Assembly: GCA_005223035.1 (NCBI GenBank)
Contig: NJBK01000009.1
Location: 7,613-71,612 of the forward strand
Direction of reading: 5' to 3'
Length of the DNA stretch: 64,000 nt
DNA from: Chloroflexi bacterium B3_Chlor
GTDB lineage: Bacteria; Chloroflexota; Anaerolineae; UBA7937; B3-Chlor
Positions 9,255 through 18,297 of this stretch are shown here, piece after piece. Below the pieces are notes generated by a model. It was given only the letters and a program-made list of their open reading frames with translations. It did not search any database and was not told where the DNA came from. Made by a program: the position numbers and the translations under genes. Positions within the stretch are counted from its first letter, which is position 1. Every line of letters starts with the position of its first letter.

Positions 9255-10303
9255 AGACCGCCGACTTTGACTACGAGCTACCTTCTCATCTCATCGCGCA
9301 GACGCCGGTAGAGCCGCGCCATGCCTCTCGTCTGATGGTGTTCCATCGGCGAAATGGCAGTATCAGGCACGGGCGCTTCCAAGAGCTGGGGGAGTACCTG
9401 CGTTCTGGTGACCTCCTGGTCTGCAATGACAGCCGGGTTATCCCAGCTCGTCTTCTTGGCCGCAAAGTTGCGACCGGGGGCAAAGTGGAATTGCTTCTCA
9501 CGGTCAAGCGAGCCGACACTCTTTGGGAGGCGCTGACTAGAGGGCGCCGTGTACCAGTGGGCGGACTGGTGGAGTTCTCCAGCGTGGATGGAGAGAACTC
9601 AGAAACAACCCTGCGGGCAGAGATCTTGGAGCCCACTCCGGCCGGCGGTAGACTAGTGAGGTTCGAACAAGCCATTGAGCCGCTCCTTGAACGGCTGGGA
9701 TGCGTCCCTTTACCGCCCTACATCCATAAGAGCTTGGAAGATCCTGAGCGTTACCAGACCGTGTACGCTGACAAGGATGGGTCAGTGGCCGCTCCCACGG
9801 CGGGCCTGCACTTCACTCCTAAGCTCATGGCTGACCTTGAGACGAGAGGGATAGAATTCGCATTCATCACCCTTCATATCGGTCCGGACACCTTTCGACC
9901 GGTACGGGCGGAGAGGGTCGAAGAGCACGAGATGCACACCGAGTACTGCCATGTAAGCGATCAGACAGCCTGGGCAGTCAGTCGAGCGAAGGTTGAGGAG
10001 AGGCGAGTCGTTGCTTGTGGCACTACAGTTGTGCGGGCCCTGGAAACGGCAGCCCGCGACCAGTCTGCGGGCGACCAAGGTACCCTTCGTGCACACAAGG
10101 GCTGGACGGACCTCTTCATTTACCCAGGCTACTCCTTTCGAGTCGTTGATGCTCTGGTGACCAACTTCCACCTGCCCCGTTCGACACTCTTGATGCTGGT
10201 CGCCGCGTTTACGGGTACGGACTTACAGGATAAGGCCTATCAGGAGGCCATCAAGGAGGGGTATCGCTTCTATAGCTTCGGAGACGCGATGCTAGTACTC
10301 TAG
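9251..10303 (+). CDS. queA: tRNA preQ1(34) S-adenosylmethionine ribosyltransferase-isomerase QueA
   Basis: FDYELPSHLIAQTPVEPRHASRLMV, VCNDSRVIPARL, GSVAAPTAGLHFT, GTTVVRALE, TNFHLPRSTLLMLV, YRFYSFGDAML. GTG at 9251 overlaps the DUF2905 stop codon; the longer 9152 start runs through the DUF2905 gene. Confidence 0.93.
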   Translation: MKTADFDYELPSHLIAQTPVEPRHASRLMVFHRRNGSIRHGRFQELGEYLRSGDLLVCNDSRVIPARLLGRKVATGGKVELLLTVKRADTLWEALTRGRRVPVGGLVEFSSVDGENSETTLRAEILEPTPAGGRLVRFEQAIEPLLERLGCVPLPPYIHKSLEDPERYQTVYADKDGSVAAPTAGLHFTPKLMADLETRGIEFAFITLHIGPDTFRPVRAERVEEHEMHTEYCHVSDQTAWAVSRAKVEERRVVACGTTVVRALETAARDQSAGDQGTLRAHKGWTDLFIYPGYSFRVVDALVTNFHLPRSTLLMLVAAFTGTDLQDKAYQEAIKEGYRFYSFGDAMLVL

Positions 10304-10372
10304 AAAAGTGGGAGTGTCGTAGTTTGCTGCACAGCAATCGACCAAGGCAGTCGTTCTCGAGCCGAACCGATT

Positions 10373-10400
10373 TTGACTTCACAGAAAGCTGTGGTACAAT
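10373..10400 (+). promoter_or_regulatory. Candidate promoter of xerD (TTGACT-16-TACAAT, TGn-extended)
   Basis: ttgact 10373-10378; tgg+tacaat 10392-10400. It lies inside the 5'-extended ORF (10324), which argues for the GTG 10447 start. Confidence 0.45.
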
Positions 10401-10446
10401 CAACTCAACGTGGTTCCCTACTGACGTCAGACCGAGGGAGAGAGCG

Positions 10447-11352
10447 GTGGAGAGGATAGACCAATTCCTGACGTTCTTGGCTGCTGAACGAGGATGCTCG
10501 GAGAACACAATATCCGCCTATCGTGTGGACCTGACCCAGTTCAGAGAGTACTTGCAGAGGCGGTACGGGGCGTTCGACGGGGGTCTCTGGGGTAGGATTG
10601 AGAAGGATGACATCATAGCCTACATCATGTATCTAAAGGGCGACCGTGAATATGCGGCTTCCACCACAGCCCGGAAGGTGGCCGCGATCAGGTCCTTCTT
10701 TCATTTTCTGGTCGCCGAGGGTGTCATCTGGGATGATCCCACAGCGACTCTAGATTCTCTCCGGGTCAAGAAGCATCTGCCCAAGCCCATTTCCGTGGAA
10801 GACGTCAACAGGCTCCTGGCGGAGTCATCCAAGTCATCCACCCCTAAAGGGATGCGAGACCGAGCGATCCTGGAGCTCCTTTACGCCACGGGCATGCGAG
10901 TGAGCGAACTGATATCCTTGAAGGTGGACGATGCCAACCTGGCTTCGGCTTCTGTGCGTTGTTGGGGAAAAGGCGCCAAGGAGCGTGTTATTCCAGTACA
11001 TCCGCGCGCCGTAGCGTCTTTGCGTGAATATCTGGAGAGAGCGAGGGCCCATTTCCTACGAGACTCCGATGAGAAGACTCTATTCCTGAACATGCGAGGG
11101 CGGCCACTGACTCGCCAGGGACTCTGGCTCATCTTCAAGGACTACGTCGAGAAGGCAGGCCTGCCTCCTGACATAACGCCCCATACTCTACGTCACTCTT
11201 TTGCCACCCATATGTTGGATCGCAATGCGGACCTGATCAATGTACAGAAGCTACTCGGCCACACGAGCATTTCAACCACTCAGGTGTACACTCGCGTAAG
11301 CAGTGAGCGTTTGAGAAAGGTATATGACGAGTCACACCCGAGGGCAAAGTAG
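10447..11352 (+). CDS. xerD: Site-specific tyrosine recombinase XerD/XerC (chromosome dimer resolution type)
   Basis: IDQFLTFLAAERGCSENTISAYRVDLTQF; RDRAILELLYATGMRVSEL (catalytic R); HTLRHSFATHML (HxxR); LGHTSISTTQVYTRV (Y); C-terminal HPRAK. XerC versus XerD cannot be separated by eye. Confidence 0.85.
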   Translation: MERIDQFLTFLAAERGCSENTISAYRVDLTQFREYLQRRYGAFDGGLWGRIEKDDIIAYIMYLKGDREYAASTTARKVAAIRSFFHFLVAEGVIWDDPTATLDSLRVKKHLPKPISVEDVNRLLAESSKSSTPKGMRDRAILELLYATGMRVSELISLKVDDANLASASVRCWGKGAKERVIPVHPRAVASLREYLERARAHFLRDSDEKTLFLNMRGRPLTRQGLWLIFKDYVEKAGLPPDITPHTLRHSFATHMLDRNADLINVQKLLGHTSISTTQVYTRVSSERLRKVYDESHPRAK

Positions 11353-11413
11353 GAGCATCGCCTGGTGCTCGCTCGAGGGGCCGGGATAGTGAGTCAGAAG
11401 GAGGTTCGGTGGA

Positions 11414-12061
11414 ATGGGATACTTGGAAGGGCTTATGGGTCAGAGGGAGGAGATAGTCTTCAAGGCCAGGCAGCATTGTCTGGTCATCGTGCCCAAAATG
11501 GTCTTGTGGATCGCGGTCTCCCTGGTCATCCTGTTGGTCACCTTCCTCTTGGCCGTAACGTTGCTGGACGGATTGGCTCTGGTGCTCTTGCTGGCGCTGG
11601 TATTCCCTTTCTGGAGGATCATGGTTGATTTCTTGAACTGGTGGAATGAGCAGTATGTGATCACCAATCGAAGAGTGGTTCAACTAGAGGGTATCATCAA
11701 CAAGCATTCTATCGATTCCTCTCTGGAGAAAGTCAACGATGTCGTACTGGAGCAGTCTGCGATGGGGAGGGTGCTGAACTACGGTGACGTAAAGATACTC
11801 ACTGCGAGCGAGATAGGCGTCAATCTCTTCAGGCATATAGCGCGACCAGTGAGATTCAAGACCGAGATGTTGAATCAAAAGGAAGGTCTAAGCCAGCTCG
11901 ACATCTTTGAGGGAAAGGCGACCCGAGTGTTGAGCGAGGAAGCCCCGTCGGCTGCGGACATACCAGAACTGATCGCCGAACTGGATGAGCTTCGGAAGAG
12001 GGGTATCATCACCGACGAGGAGTTCCAAGAGAAGAAGCGAGCCTTGCTGGAGAAGCTCTGA
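11414..12061 (+). CDS. Membrane bPH (YdbS/YdbT-like PH) domain protein with C-terminal SHOCT domain
   Basis: Two TM helices, then a NRRVVQLEGIINKHSIDSSLEKVNDV..GDVKI PH-like core. C-terminal ELDELRKRGIITDEEFQEKKRALLEKL is a SHOCT motif. Confidence 0.7.
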   Translation: MGYLEGLMGQREEIVFKARQHCLVIVPKMVLWIAVSLVILLVTFLLAVTLLDGLALVLLLALVFPFWRIMVDFLNWWNEQYVITNRRVVQLEGIINKHSIDSSLEKVNDVVLEQSAMGRVLNYGDVKILTASEIGVNLFRHIARPVRFKTEMLNQKEGLSQLDIFEGKATRVLSEEAPSAADIPELIAELDELRKRGIITDEEFQEKKRALLEKL

Positions 12062-12082
12062 GTTGCTGGGGGAGGTGCGGCT

Positions 12083-12955
12083 GTGGACGAACGGCCCTAT
12101 GGCTGGGAGGAGATAGAAGAGAGCGCTTCCTATATCAGCGCGCAGACGCCCTCCCGACCGACCGTTGCGATCATCACTGGTTCGGGGCTTGGCGCTGTGG
12201 CGGACGACGTAGAGGCACCGGAATCCATGCCTTATGGGGTGATCCCCCATTTTCCTTCCACCAGTGTCCAGGGTCATGTCGGAGAACTGGTCATTGGGCG
12301 ATTGGCAGGGAAAGAAGTCGCTTTCATGCGCGGACGGGTCCATTTCTACGAGGGGTATTCTCTTCAGCGCATTACCTTCCCTATCCGTGTCATGCACAGG
12401 CTGGGCATAGATACCGTAATAGTCACCAACGCTGCTGGCGGTCTGAGGGAGGATCAAAAGGCCGGCGACTTGATGCTGATCACCGACCACATCAACTTGG
12501 TGGGCATGGCCGGGTTCAACCCTCTCCGCGGTCCGAATGATCCGCGTCTCGGCCCGAGGTTTGTGGAGATGTCGGTTGCATATGATGTTGGGCTGCGGGA
12601 CTTAGCTCTCTCAGTAGCGGAGGAGCTTGGGGTCGAATTGCGACAGGGCACGTACGCTATGTCGGCAGGGCCCACCTTCGAAACGCCGGCAGATGTCAGA
12701 TTCTTGAGGCTTATTGGTGCTGATGCCGTGGGTATGTCCACGGTGCCTGAGGTGATCGTTGTGAGGCACGAGGGGATGCGGGCCCTAGGGCTCTCCCACA
12801 TCAGCAATGTGATACCGGTAGGCGGGGTTCCGAGTAAGGATCAACCGATGAGCCAGGAGAGCCTTCACCAAGAGGTGTTGGACGCAGGCAGAGAGGTGGT
12901 GCCCAAGCTAAGCCTCTTGATCAAGGGAATCCTCAGCAGAATGCAGGAAGTGTGA
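12083..12955 (+). CDS. Purine nucleoside phosphorylase (trimeric PNP/PunA type)
   Basis: AIITGSGLG, HFPSTSVQGHVGELVIGRLAGKEVAFMRGRVHFYEGY, VTNAAGGL, GPNDPRLGPRF, GPTFETPADVRFLRLIGADAVGMSTVPEVIVVRHEGM. Confidence 0.92.
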   Translation: MDERPYGWEEIEESASYISAQTPSRPTVAIITGSGLGAVADDVEAPESMPYGVIPHFPSTSVQGHVGELVIGRLAGKEVAFMRGRVHFYEGYSLQRITFPIRVMHRLGIDTVIVTNAAGGLREDQKAGDLMLITDHINLVGMAGFNPLRGPNDPRLGPRFVEMSVAYDVGLRDLALSVAEELGVELRQGTYAMSAGPTFETPADVRFLRLIGADAVGMSTVPEVIVVRHEGMRALGLSHISNVIPVGGVPSKDQPMSQESLHQEVLDAGREVVPKLSLLIKGILSRMQEV

Positions 12956-12983
12956 CACGGTCGCGCAGGGCTAGGAGTTGGCG

Positions 12984-13018
12984 GGGAACGAAGAAGAGGA
13001 CTCTTTCGTTCCCTTTTT
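12984..13018 (+). terminator. Rho-independent terminator after the PNP gene
   Basis: 9-bp stem gggaacgaa / ttcgttccc (12984-12992 / 13005-13013) followed by ttttt. Confidence 0.7.
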
Positions 13019-13045
13019 GACAAGTTGCGCGAGTCGTGGTAGAAT
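13017..13045 (+). promoter_or_regulatory. Candidate promoter (TTGACA-17-TAGAAT, TGn-extended)
   Basis: ttgaca 13017-13022; tgg+tagaat 13037-13045; 24 nt upstream of the ATG at 13070. Confidence 0.5.
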
Positions 13046-13069
13046 AGGGAAATTCTCTCGAGTGCCTCC

Positions 13070-13798
13070 ATGACTGTACTGATAGAAGTGATTGACAGCT
13101 TTGCTGTCTGGATATACGTCGCCTGTGCCTTGACGATCTTCGTCTACCTCAGGGTCATATACCTGGCCAAGAGGGAGAGAGGGGCATCCCTATTCACCAT
13201 TGAGAAGGAGGTGGCTACTGGCAAGGCGTACCGGGCGACTTTCACTATCCTTGGTCTCCTCGTGATAATCAGTCTAGTAGCATTTGTGGACGTGTTCTTG
13301 GCCCCTTCTCTCAGTGTTATCGCTGGCAGCACAACGCCGGATGGGCCAGTAGTTCTCCCAACAGCCACCAGCACCCCTATTCCTCCAACTCCTACCCCCA
13401 CTGCTACGAGAGGGCCTCTGGTCCGCCCTGCGCCGCCTTGGACACCGACGCCCGAGGAAAGTCCCACCCCTAATGTGGCGCCAGCCTCCTGTCCAGACCC
13501 AGCGGCCAAGATCGCATCGCCCGGAGTCAATCAGACTGTAAGCGGAGTGGTCGAGGTCAAAGGAAGCGCCGACACGGATTTCTTTCAGTTCTATAAGGTC
13601 GAATTCTGCCTTGGCCAGAACACGAGCCATTGCCCTGTCATAGACGAGCTGAAGTACTCCCCGGTGGAGAACGGTCTTCTGGTCGCCTGGAACACCGGTG
13701 ATCTGTCGGGCCCCGTTACTCTGCGGCTTACTGTTGTCAACGTTGACGGCAACTATCCCCCTCCCTGCGAAGTCCCCGTAGTGGTGCAAGCGGACTGA
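13070..13798 (+). CDS. Membrane-anchored exoprotein of unknown function (2 TM + Pro/Thr linker + Cys-containing beta-rich domain)
   Basis: 242-aa ORF. TM segments at residues ~10-30 and ~55-80, PT linker PTATSTPIPPTPTPTAT..PWTPTPEESPTP, C-terminal domain with 4 Cys. No family recognised. Confidence 0.55.
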   Translation: MTVLIEVIDSFAVWIYVACALTIFVYLRVIYLAKRERGASLFTIEKEVATGKAYRATFTILGLLVIISLVAFVDVFLAPSLSVIAGSTTPDGPVVLPTATSTPIPPTPTPTATRGPLVRPAPPWTPTPEESPTPNVAPASCPDPAAKIASPGVNQTVSGVVEVKGSADTDFFQFYKVEFCLGQNTSHCPVIDELKYSPVENGLLVAWNTGDLSGPVTLRLTVVNVDGNYPPPCEVPVVVQAD

Positions 13799-13819
13799 GA
13801 CGGTAGAAGGAGACACTCC

Positions 13820-15790
13820 TTGCGCAAGCTTGCTCTGGTTCTTGTCACGCTTTGCCTGTGTATATGTGTGTGTCTCGCGGTTGACATTTTCCTGTTCTCG
13901 ATGGTGGTGGTGAGGGATATTGTCTCTTCCGTGCCGACCCCCGTACGGGAGGCAGAGATCACTCCGTCAGTGGAGCGCACCCCGGTTAGCGAGGAGAGCC
14001 TTTCGACGGCTGAGTCGGTCCGCGAGACATCGATTCCCGCGCGGGATCTGTATTCCCTCGCCGAGCAGTTGAAGCGCACTGGTCCCGTACCCCGCGTTGT
14101 AGCAGATTCTCCTTCCCATTATGAAGTAGGGCAGCGGGAGACCTTTTGGGTCAACGATGAGGACATAGCAGAAACGTATTTCACCATCGAAGCCGTTCTG
14201 CGCTATGCCACCCCCCACGTCTACATGTGGGTACAAGATGGTCTGCGTCTGGATGACGAGGGCATACGAGCTTCGGCACATGAGTTCGAGGAGCAGATCT
14301 ATCCCACCAATCGCCGGTACTTCGGTTCCGAATGGAGCCCAGGGGTGGACAACGACGTTCACATTCACATCCTCAACGCGAACCTTCCCAGCGTCGGCGG
14401 CTATTTCTCAAGCAATGATGAGTATCCCAGCATCGTTAATCCCTTCAGTAATGAGAAGGAGATGTTCTACATCAACGCGGCCAGCGTCCCACCAGGTGAC
14501 GATTACTACAATAGCACTGTGGCCCACGAGTTTCAACATATGATTCACTGGACCGTTGATCCTAATGAGGACACCTGGGTGAATGAGGGATCTGCTCAGA
14601 CCGCGGAGGTGCTCAATGGCTATCGCCTCCAATGGCCCGTTTCGTTTCTCAGCGCACCCGACACGCAACTCACAGCGTGGACGGATGAGATAGATGAGGC
14701 AGGCGTTTACTACGACGCATCTTTTCTGTTTATGTACTATTTCACCGAGCGGTTCGGCGCAGAGCTGGTACGGGAACTGACTGCCACTCAGACAGACGGA
14801 ATGGCTGGATTTGATGAGGTGCTGGCCGCCAATGGATTCGATATCGGGTCCGAGGACGTTTTCAAGGACTGGCTCATGGCCAACTATCTCAATGATCCAG
14901 ATCTGAGAGATGGACGTTACGGGTATTACGGGATAGAACTCTACGACACAGTCGCCATTGATCACGTTCATCGCCACTATCCTGATAGCCGTTCTAGTAC
15001 CGTCCACCAGTACGCTGCTGACTACATCGAACTGGAGCCCGGTCGCGGAGAGTTGGTCATTGAGTTTGCGGGTTCAACTCGAGTCAAGCTGGTGGATAAC
15101 GATCCCCATAGCGGCCAGTTTGAGTGGTGGTCCAATAGAGGGGACGTTAGCAACATGACACTTACTGGGGAGTTTGACCTGAGCGGGCTTGAGGAAGCCA
15201 CCCTGGAATACTGGACGTGGTATCATATCGAGGATGACTACGACTACGCCTACGTAGAAGTATCCACCGATAGCGGTCAAACCTGGGACATTTTGCCTGG
15301 AAGCTATACTACTGACACCAACCCGTATGGCAACAGCTTCGGTCACGGCTATACTGGTGTTAGCGGGGGGGGAGATCGTCCTATGTGGGTGAAGGAAGAG
15401 ATAGACCTGACCCCCTATGTCGACCGGGAGGTGCTCATCCGGTTCGAGTATGTAACTGACGATGCCTACAACGATCCAGGCTTTTGTGTGGACGACTTTG
15501 CTATCCCGGAATTGGGATACAGCTACGATGCGGAGACCGACGGTGGTTGGGAGCCGGACGGTTTCATCCGCTCCAACAACACACTGCCGCAGGAGTGGGT
15601 GGTACAGGTGCTCGAACTTGGTGCGAGAACGACTGTAGCGGAGATGGACTTGGATGATACTCAAGAGGGGCGCTTCATCATGGAGGGCTTTGGAGACGAG
15701 GTGGACAGGGCGGTGCTGGTCATCTCGGCTTTGGCTCCCTCGACGACCGAGATAGCAAGCTACGAGTACTCGGTGTACTTGCTTGAGTGA
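13820..15790 (+). CDS. Secreted zinc metalloprotease, immune inhibitor A (M6)-like
   Basis: N-terminal signal/anchor; HExxH site TVAHEFQHMIHW followed by WVNEGSAQ. C-terminal WYHIEDDYDYAYVEVSTDSGQTWDIL ... LIRFEYVTDDAYNDPGFCVDDFAI resembles the InhA/M6 beta domain. Confidence 0.65.
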   Translation: MRKLALVLVTLCLCICVCLAVDIFLFSMVVVRDIVSSVPTPVREAEITPSVERTPVSEESLSTAESVRETSIPARDLYSLAEQLKRTGPVPRVVADSPSHYEVGQRETFWVNDEDIAETYFTIEAVLRYATPHVYMWVQDGLRLDDEGIRASAHEFEEQIYPTNRRYFGSEWSPGVDNDVHIHILNANLPSVGGYFSSNDEYPSIVNPFSNEKEMFYINAASVPPGDDYYNSTVAHEFQHMIHWTVDPNEDTWVNEGSAQTAEVLNGYRLQWPVSFLSAPDTQLTAWTDEIDEAGVYYDASFLFMYYFTERFGAELVRELTATQTDGMAGFDEVLAANGFDIGSEDVFKDWLMANYLNDPDLRDGRYGYYGIELYDTVAIDHVHRHYPDSRSSTVHQYAADYIELEPGRGELVIEFAGSTRVKLVDNDPHSGQFEWWSNRGDVSNMTLTGEFDLSGLEEATLEYWTWYHIEDDYDYAYVEVSTDSGQTWDILPGSYTTDTNPYGNSFGHGYTGVSGGGDRPMWVKEEIDLTPYVDREVLIRFEYVTDDAYNDPGFCVDDFAIPELGYSYDAETDGGWEPDGFIRSNNTLPQEWVVQVLELGARTTVAEMDLDDTQEGRFIMEGFGDEVDRAVLVISALAPSTTEIASYEYSVYLLE

Positions 15791-15821
15791 GCTTTGCTCC
15801 AGGTGTGACGTGTTTCGACAG

Positions 15822-15854
15822 GGTGGCGGGTTCCAGGTCCCGCCACCCGTTTTT
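15822..15854 (+). terminator. Rho-independent terminator after the metalloprotease gene
   Basis: 9-bp GC-rich stem ggtggcggg / cccgccacc (15822-15830 / 15839-15847) followed by cgttttt. Confidence 0.75.
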
Positions 15855-15860
15855 CATGAC

Positions 15861-15889
15861 TTGACAAGAGCCCAGATTCTCAGGATAAT
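15861..15889 (+). promoter_or_regulatory. Candidate promoter of the Fur-family gene (TTGACA-17-GATAAT)
   Basis: ttgaca 15861-15866; gataat 15884-15889. An imperfect inverted repeat AATCCTT..AAGGGTT (15887-15908) overlaps the -10/+1 region and is a possible operator. Confidence 0.5.
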
Positions 15890-15933
15890 CCTTCCAAATG
15901 AAAGGGTTTTTCAATTGGCCGAGGGGCTGAGAC

Positions 15934-16350
15934 GTGAGGGATTCAGCAATGGCGCAGGGCCTGCGGGCTCACGGATACAAGCTGACCGCACAGCGCCTTG
16001 CCGTCCTGCAGGTAATGCAGGAGGGGAATGAGCTCCTTACCCCAGCCGAGGTGCTGGACAGAGGCCGCAAGATCCACTCCAGGTTGGGGATGACCACCGT
16101 CTACCGGACGCTGGAGTTGCTCAGGGAGCTGGGTTTTGTGCGCCGTGTGCACGGGGCGGAAGGATGTCGCGCCTATGCCCAGGCGAGGGAACAGGATGGT
16201 CACCACCTGGTTTGTCAGGCCTGTCGGCGGGTCGTTGACTTCCCCTGCTCCGGTCTGAACGAGTTGATTGAGCAGACGGCAAGGCGAACGGGCTTTTCTG
16301 TAGAGTCCCATTTGTTGGAGTTGGCGGGCCTGTGTCCGGCGTGTCAGTAG
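15934..16350 (+). CDS. Fur-family metal-responsive transcriptional repressor (Zur-like by context)
   Basis: 138 aa; wHTH LTAQRLAVLQVMQEGNELLTPAEVL..TVYRTLELL; HHLVCQACRRVVDF ... CPAC (two CxxC pairs). Sits directly upstream of a metal ABC importer. Confidence 0.85.
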   Translation: MRDSAMAQGLRAHGYKLTAQRLAVLQVMQEGNELLTPAEVLDRGRKIHSRLGMTTVYRTLELLRELGFVRRVHGAEGCRAYAQAREQDGHHLVCQACRRVVDFPCSGLNELIEQTARRTGFSVESHLLELAGLCPACQ

Positions 16351-16613
16351 ACTTGCATAAGGTATAGCCACGGATAGGGCGTAGGAAGGCCGGAGGACTG
16401 GGAACAGAACGCAAGGGGCTCCAGGGACGTGACGATGAGGCTATGCTGCCTGGGAGTGAGCCCTTGATCGACGGGCTGGCACCGGATGTCATCTCAGCGA
16501 GGGAAGACGATTGAGCGGGACCGCGAGAGGATCCGTAGTTCCGAGTTAGGTTGACGCAGGACACACGTTTCGGAGCATTCCAATTCACATCATACCGGAA
16601 AGAAGAGATCACA

Positions 16614-17480
16614 GTGCTGAGGAGACGATCTCCACTGGCAGGGCTAGCTCTGGGACTGTTCTTGCTCTTGCCTGCTTGTGGGACCTCACGTCTCACGGCC
16701 ACCCCACCCCCTGAGGGGCTGATCGATGTAGCGGTCAGCATCGTCCCGCAGAAGTACTTCGTGGAGCGAATAGGTGGAGACAGCGTAAACGTGTCGGTGA
16801 TGGTCGGTCCAGGTTTCAACCCCGCGACCTACGAGCCGAAACCCAGCCAGATCCAGCAGCTATCAGTGACCCAGATGTACGTCCGTATCGGGGTGCCTTT
16901 CGAGGCAGCCTGGATGGATCGGATCGCGGCGGCGAACGAGCATATGCTGATTGTGGACCAGTCCGAGGGCGTAGAGCGGATGGGTGGCACGGATCCACAC
17001 ATATGGTTGTCGCCCCAACTGGCAAAGATCCAGGCTCAGACCATATGCGATGGCCTGGTCGAGATAGACCCCGACAACGAGGGCTTCTACCATGCGAATC
17101 TGGGCTCTCTTCTGTCTGACGTAGATGAATTGGATGTCAGTATCAAGGACACGCTGGCTGGCCTTGAAAGCCGCAAACTGATGGTGTTCCACCCTGCCTG
17201 GTCCTACTTTGCGCGGGATTACGACTTGGAGATGATTCCAGTTCAGATCGAAGGCAGCGATCCGAGCCCGGCGGAGATGGCTGGCTTGATCCGCATGGCG
17301 AAGGAGAGCAACATCAAAGTGATCTTCGCACAGCCCGAGTTCAGCACGAGCAGTGCAGAGACCATCGCTGATGAGATCGGTGGGGAGGTCTTGCTGATCA
17401 GTCCGCTAGCTCCTGATTGGCTGGACAATCTCCAGCGTGTGGCTGACACGTTCTCAGAGGTGCTTGCGAGAGAGCAGTAG
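16614..17480 (+). CDS. Metal (Zn2+/Mn2+) ABC transporter substrate-binding lipoprotein, ZnuA/TroA family
   Basis: Lipobox LLLPACG after the GTG 16614 start; SIVPQKYFVERIGG, DPHIWLSP, FHPAWSYFARDY, VIFAQPEFS. Confidence 0.85.
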   Translation: MLRRRSPLAGLALGLFLLLPACGTSRLTATPPPEGLIDVAVSIVPQKYFVERIGGDSVNVSVMVGPGFNPATYEPKPSQIQQLSVTQMYVRIGVPFEAAWMDRIAAANEHMLIVDQSEGVERMGGTDPHIWLSPQLAKIQAQTICDGLVEIDPDNEGFYHANLGSLLSDVDELDVSIKDTLAGLESRKLMVFHPAWSYFARDYDLEMIPVQIEGSDPSPAEMAGLIRMAKESNIKVIFAQPEFSTSSAETIADEIGGEVLLISPLAPDWLDNLQRVADTFSEVLAREQ

Positions 17481-17493
17481 GAGGCGATCGCAC

Positions 17494-18297
17494 ATGCCTC
17501 TGGAAGGAGGAAGGGCGTTGACAGCAAGGCGCGAGGTCATTTGCCTGGAAGAACTGTGGGTGCAATATGACGGATTGCCGGCGTTGGAAGACATCAACCT
17601 CTCAGTTCGGGACCAGGACTTCATAGGCGTTATCGGCCCGAACGGCGGCGGCAAGACGACGCTGCTCAAGGTGTTGCTGGGTTTGGTACAGCCTACCCGC
17701 GGGCGAGTGCGCATCCTGAGCCGTAGCCCGAAAGAGGGCCGGCAGTTCATCGGCTACGTGCCACAGCGCACTGAGTTCGACCACACTTTTCCGATCAGCG
17801 TCTGGGACGTGACGATGATGGGAAGACTGGGCCGCCGAGGATTGTTCCATCGGTATACAGAGGATGACCAGCACGTCGTCGCGGAGGTATTGCGCCGGGT
17901 TGGCATGCTAGACTCAAAGAATCGCCTGATTGGGCAGCTGTCAGGAGGAGAGCGGCAGCGAGTTTACGTTGCCCGAGCGCTGGCAAGCGAGCCGCAGATT
18001 CTGTTGCTGGACGAACCCACCGCCAGTGTAGACAGCTCCGGTGTGGGTAGTATCTACGAGTTGCTTCAGGAGCTGAACCGGCGGGTGACGATTATTCTGG
18101 TTTCTCATGACATGGGCGTCGTGTCTTCGTACGTGAAGACGATCGCCTGTCTGAATCGCCGTCTGATCTACCATGCCTCCAGGGAAATCACACCGGAGAT
18201 GCTGGAAGCGGCCTATCGCTGTCCGGTTGATTTGATCGCCCATGGTATGCCTCATCGTGTGTTTGACGTCCACTCTGTCGAGGAGGGAGACGGATGA
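17494..18297 (+). CDS. Metal ABC transporter ATP-binding protein (ZnuC-like)
   Basis: Walker A GPNGGGKTT, signature LSGGERQRV, Walker B LLLDEP. AGGAGG RBS lies 9 nt upstream of the ATG at 17494. Confidence 0.9.
   Translation: MPLEGGRALTARREVICLEELWVQYDGLPALEDINLSVRDQDFIGVIGPNGGGKTTLLKVLLGLVQPTRGRVRILSRSPKEGRQFIGYVPQRTEFDHTFPISVWDVTMMGRLGRRGLFHRYTEDDQHVVAEVLRRVGMLDSKNRLIGQLSGGERQRVYVARALASEPQILLLDEPTASVDSSGVGSIYELLQELNRRVTIILVSHDMGVVSSYVKTIACLNRRLIYHASREITPEMLEAAYRCPVDLIAHGMPHRVFDVHSVEEGDG

Noticed and set aside
10447-11352. Tyrosine recombinase as marker of an integrated mobile element
   Set aside because: The sequence has the XerC/XerD-type N- and C-terminal signatures, both neighbours are housekeeping genes (queA, PH-domain protein, PNP), and I noticed no flanking direct repeats or adjacent tRNA. 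It is interpreted as the chromosomal dimer-resolution recombinase.
16351-16613. Riboswitch (e.g. cobalamin or metal-sensing) in the gap between the Fur-family gene and the ABC binding-protein gene
   Set aside because: I could not find a B12 box (GCCACTG-like) or other conserved riboswitch cores I know. The ORF overlapping the gap (16121-16819, minus strand) is a shadow ORF. Left as unexplained spacer; an Rfam scan would be decisive.
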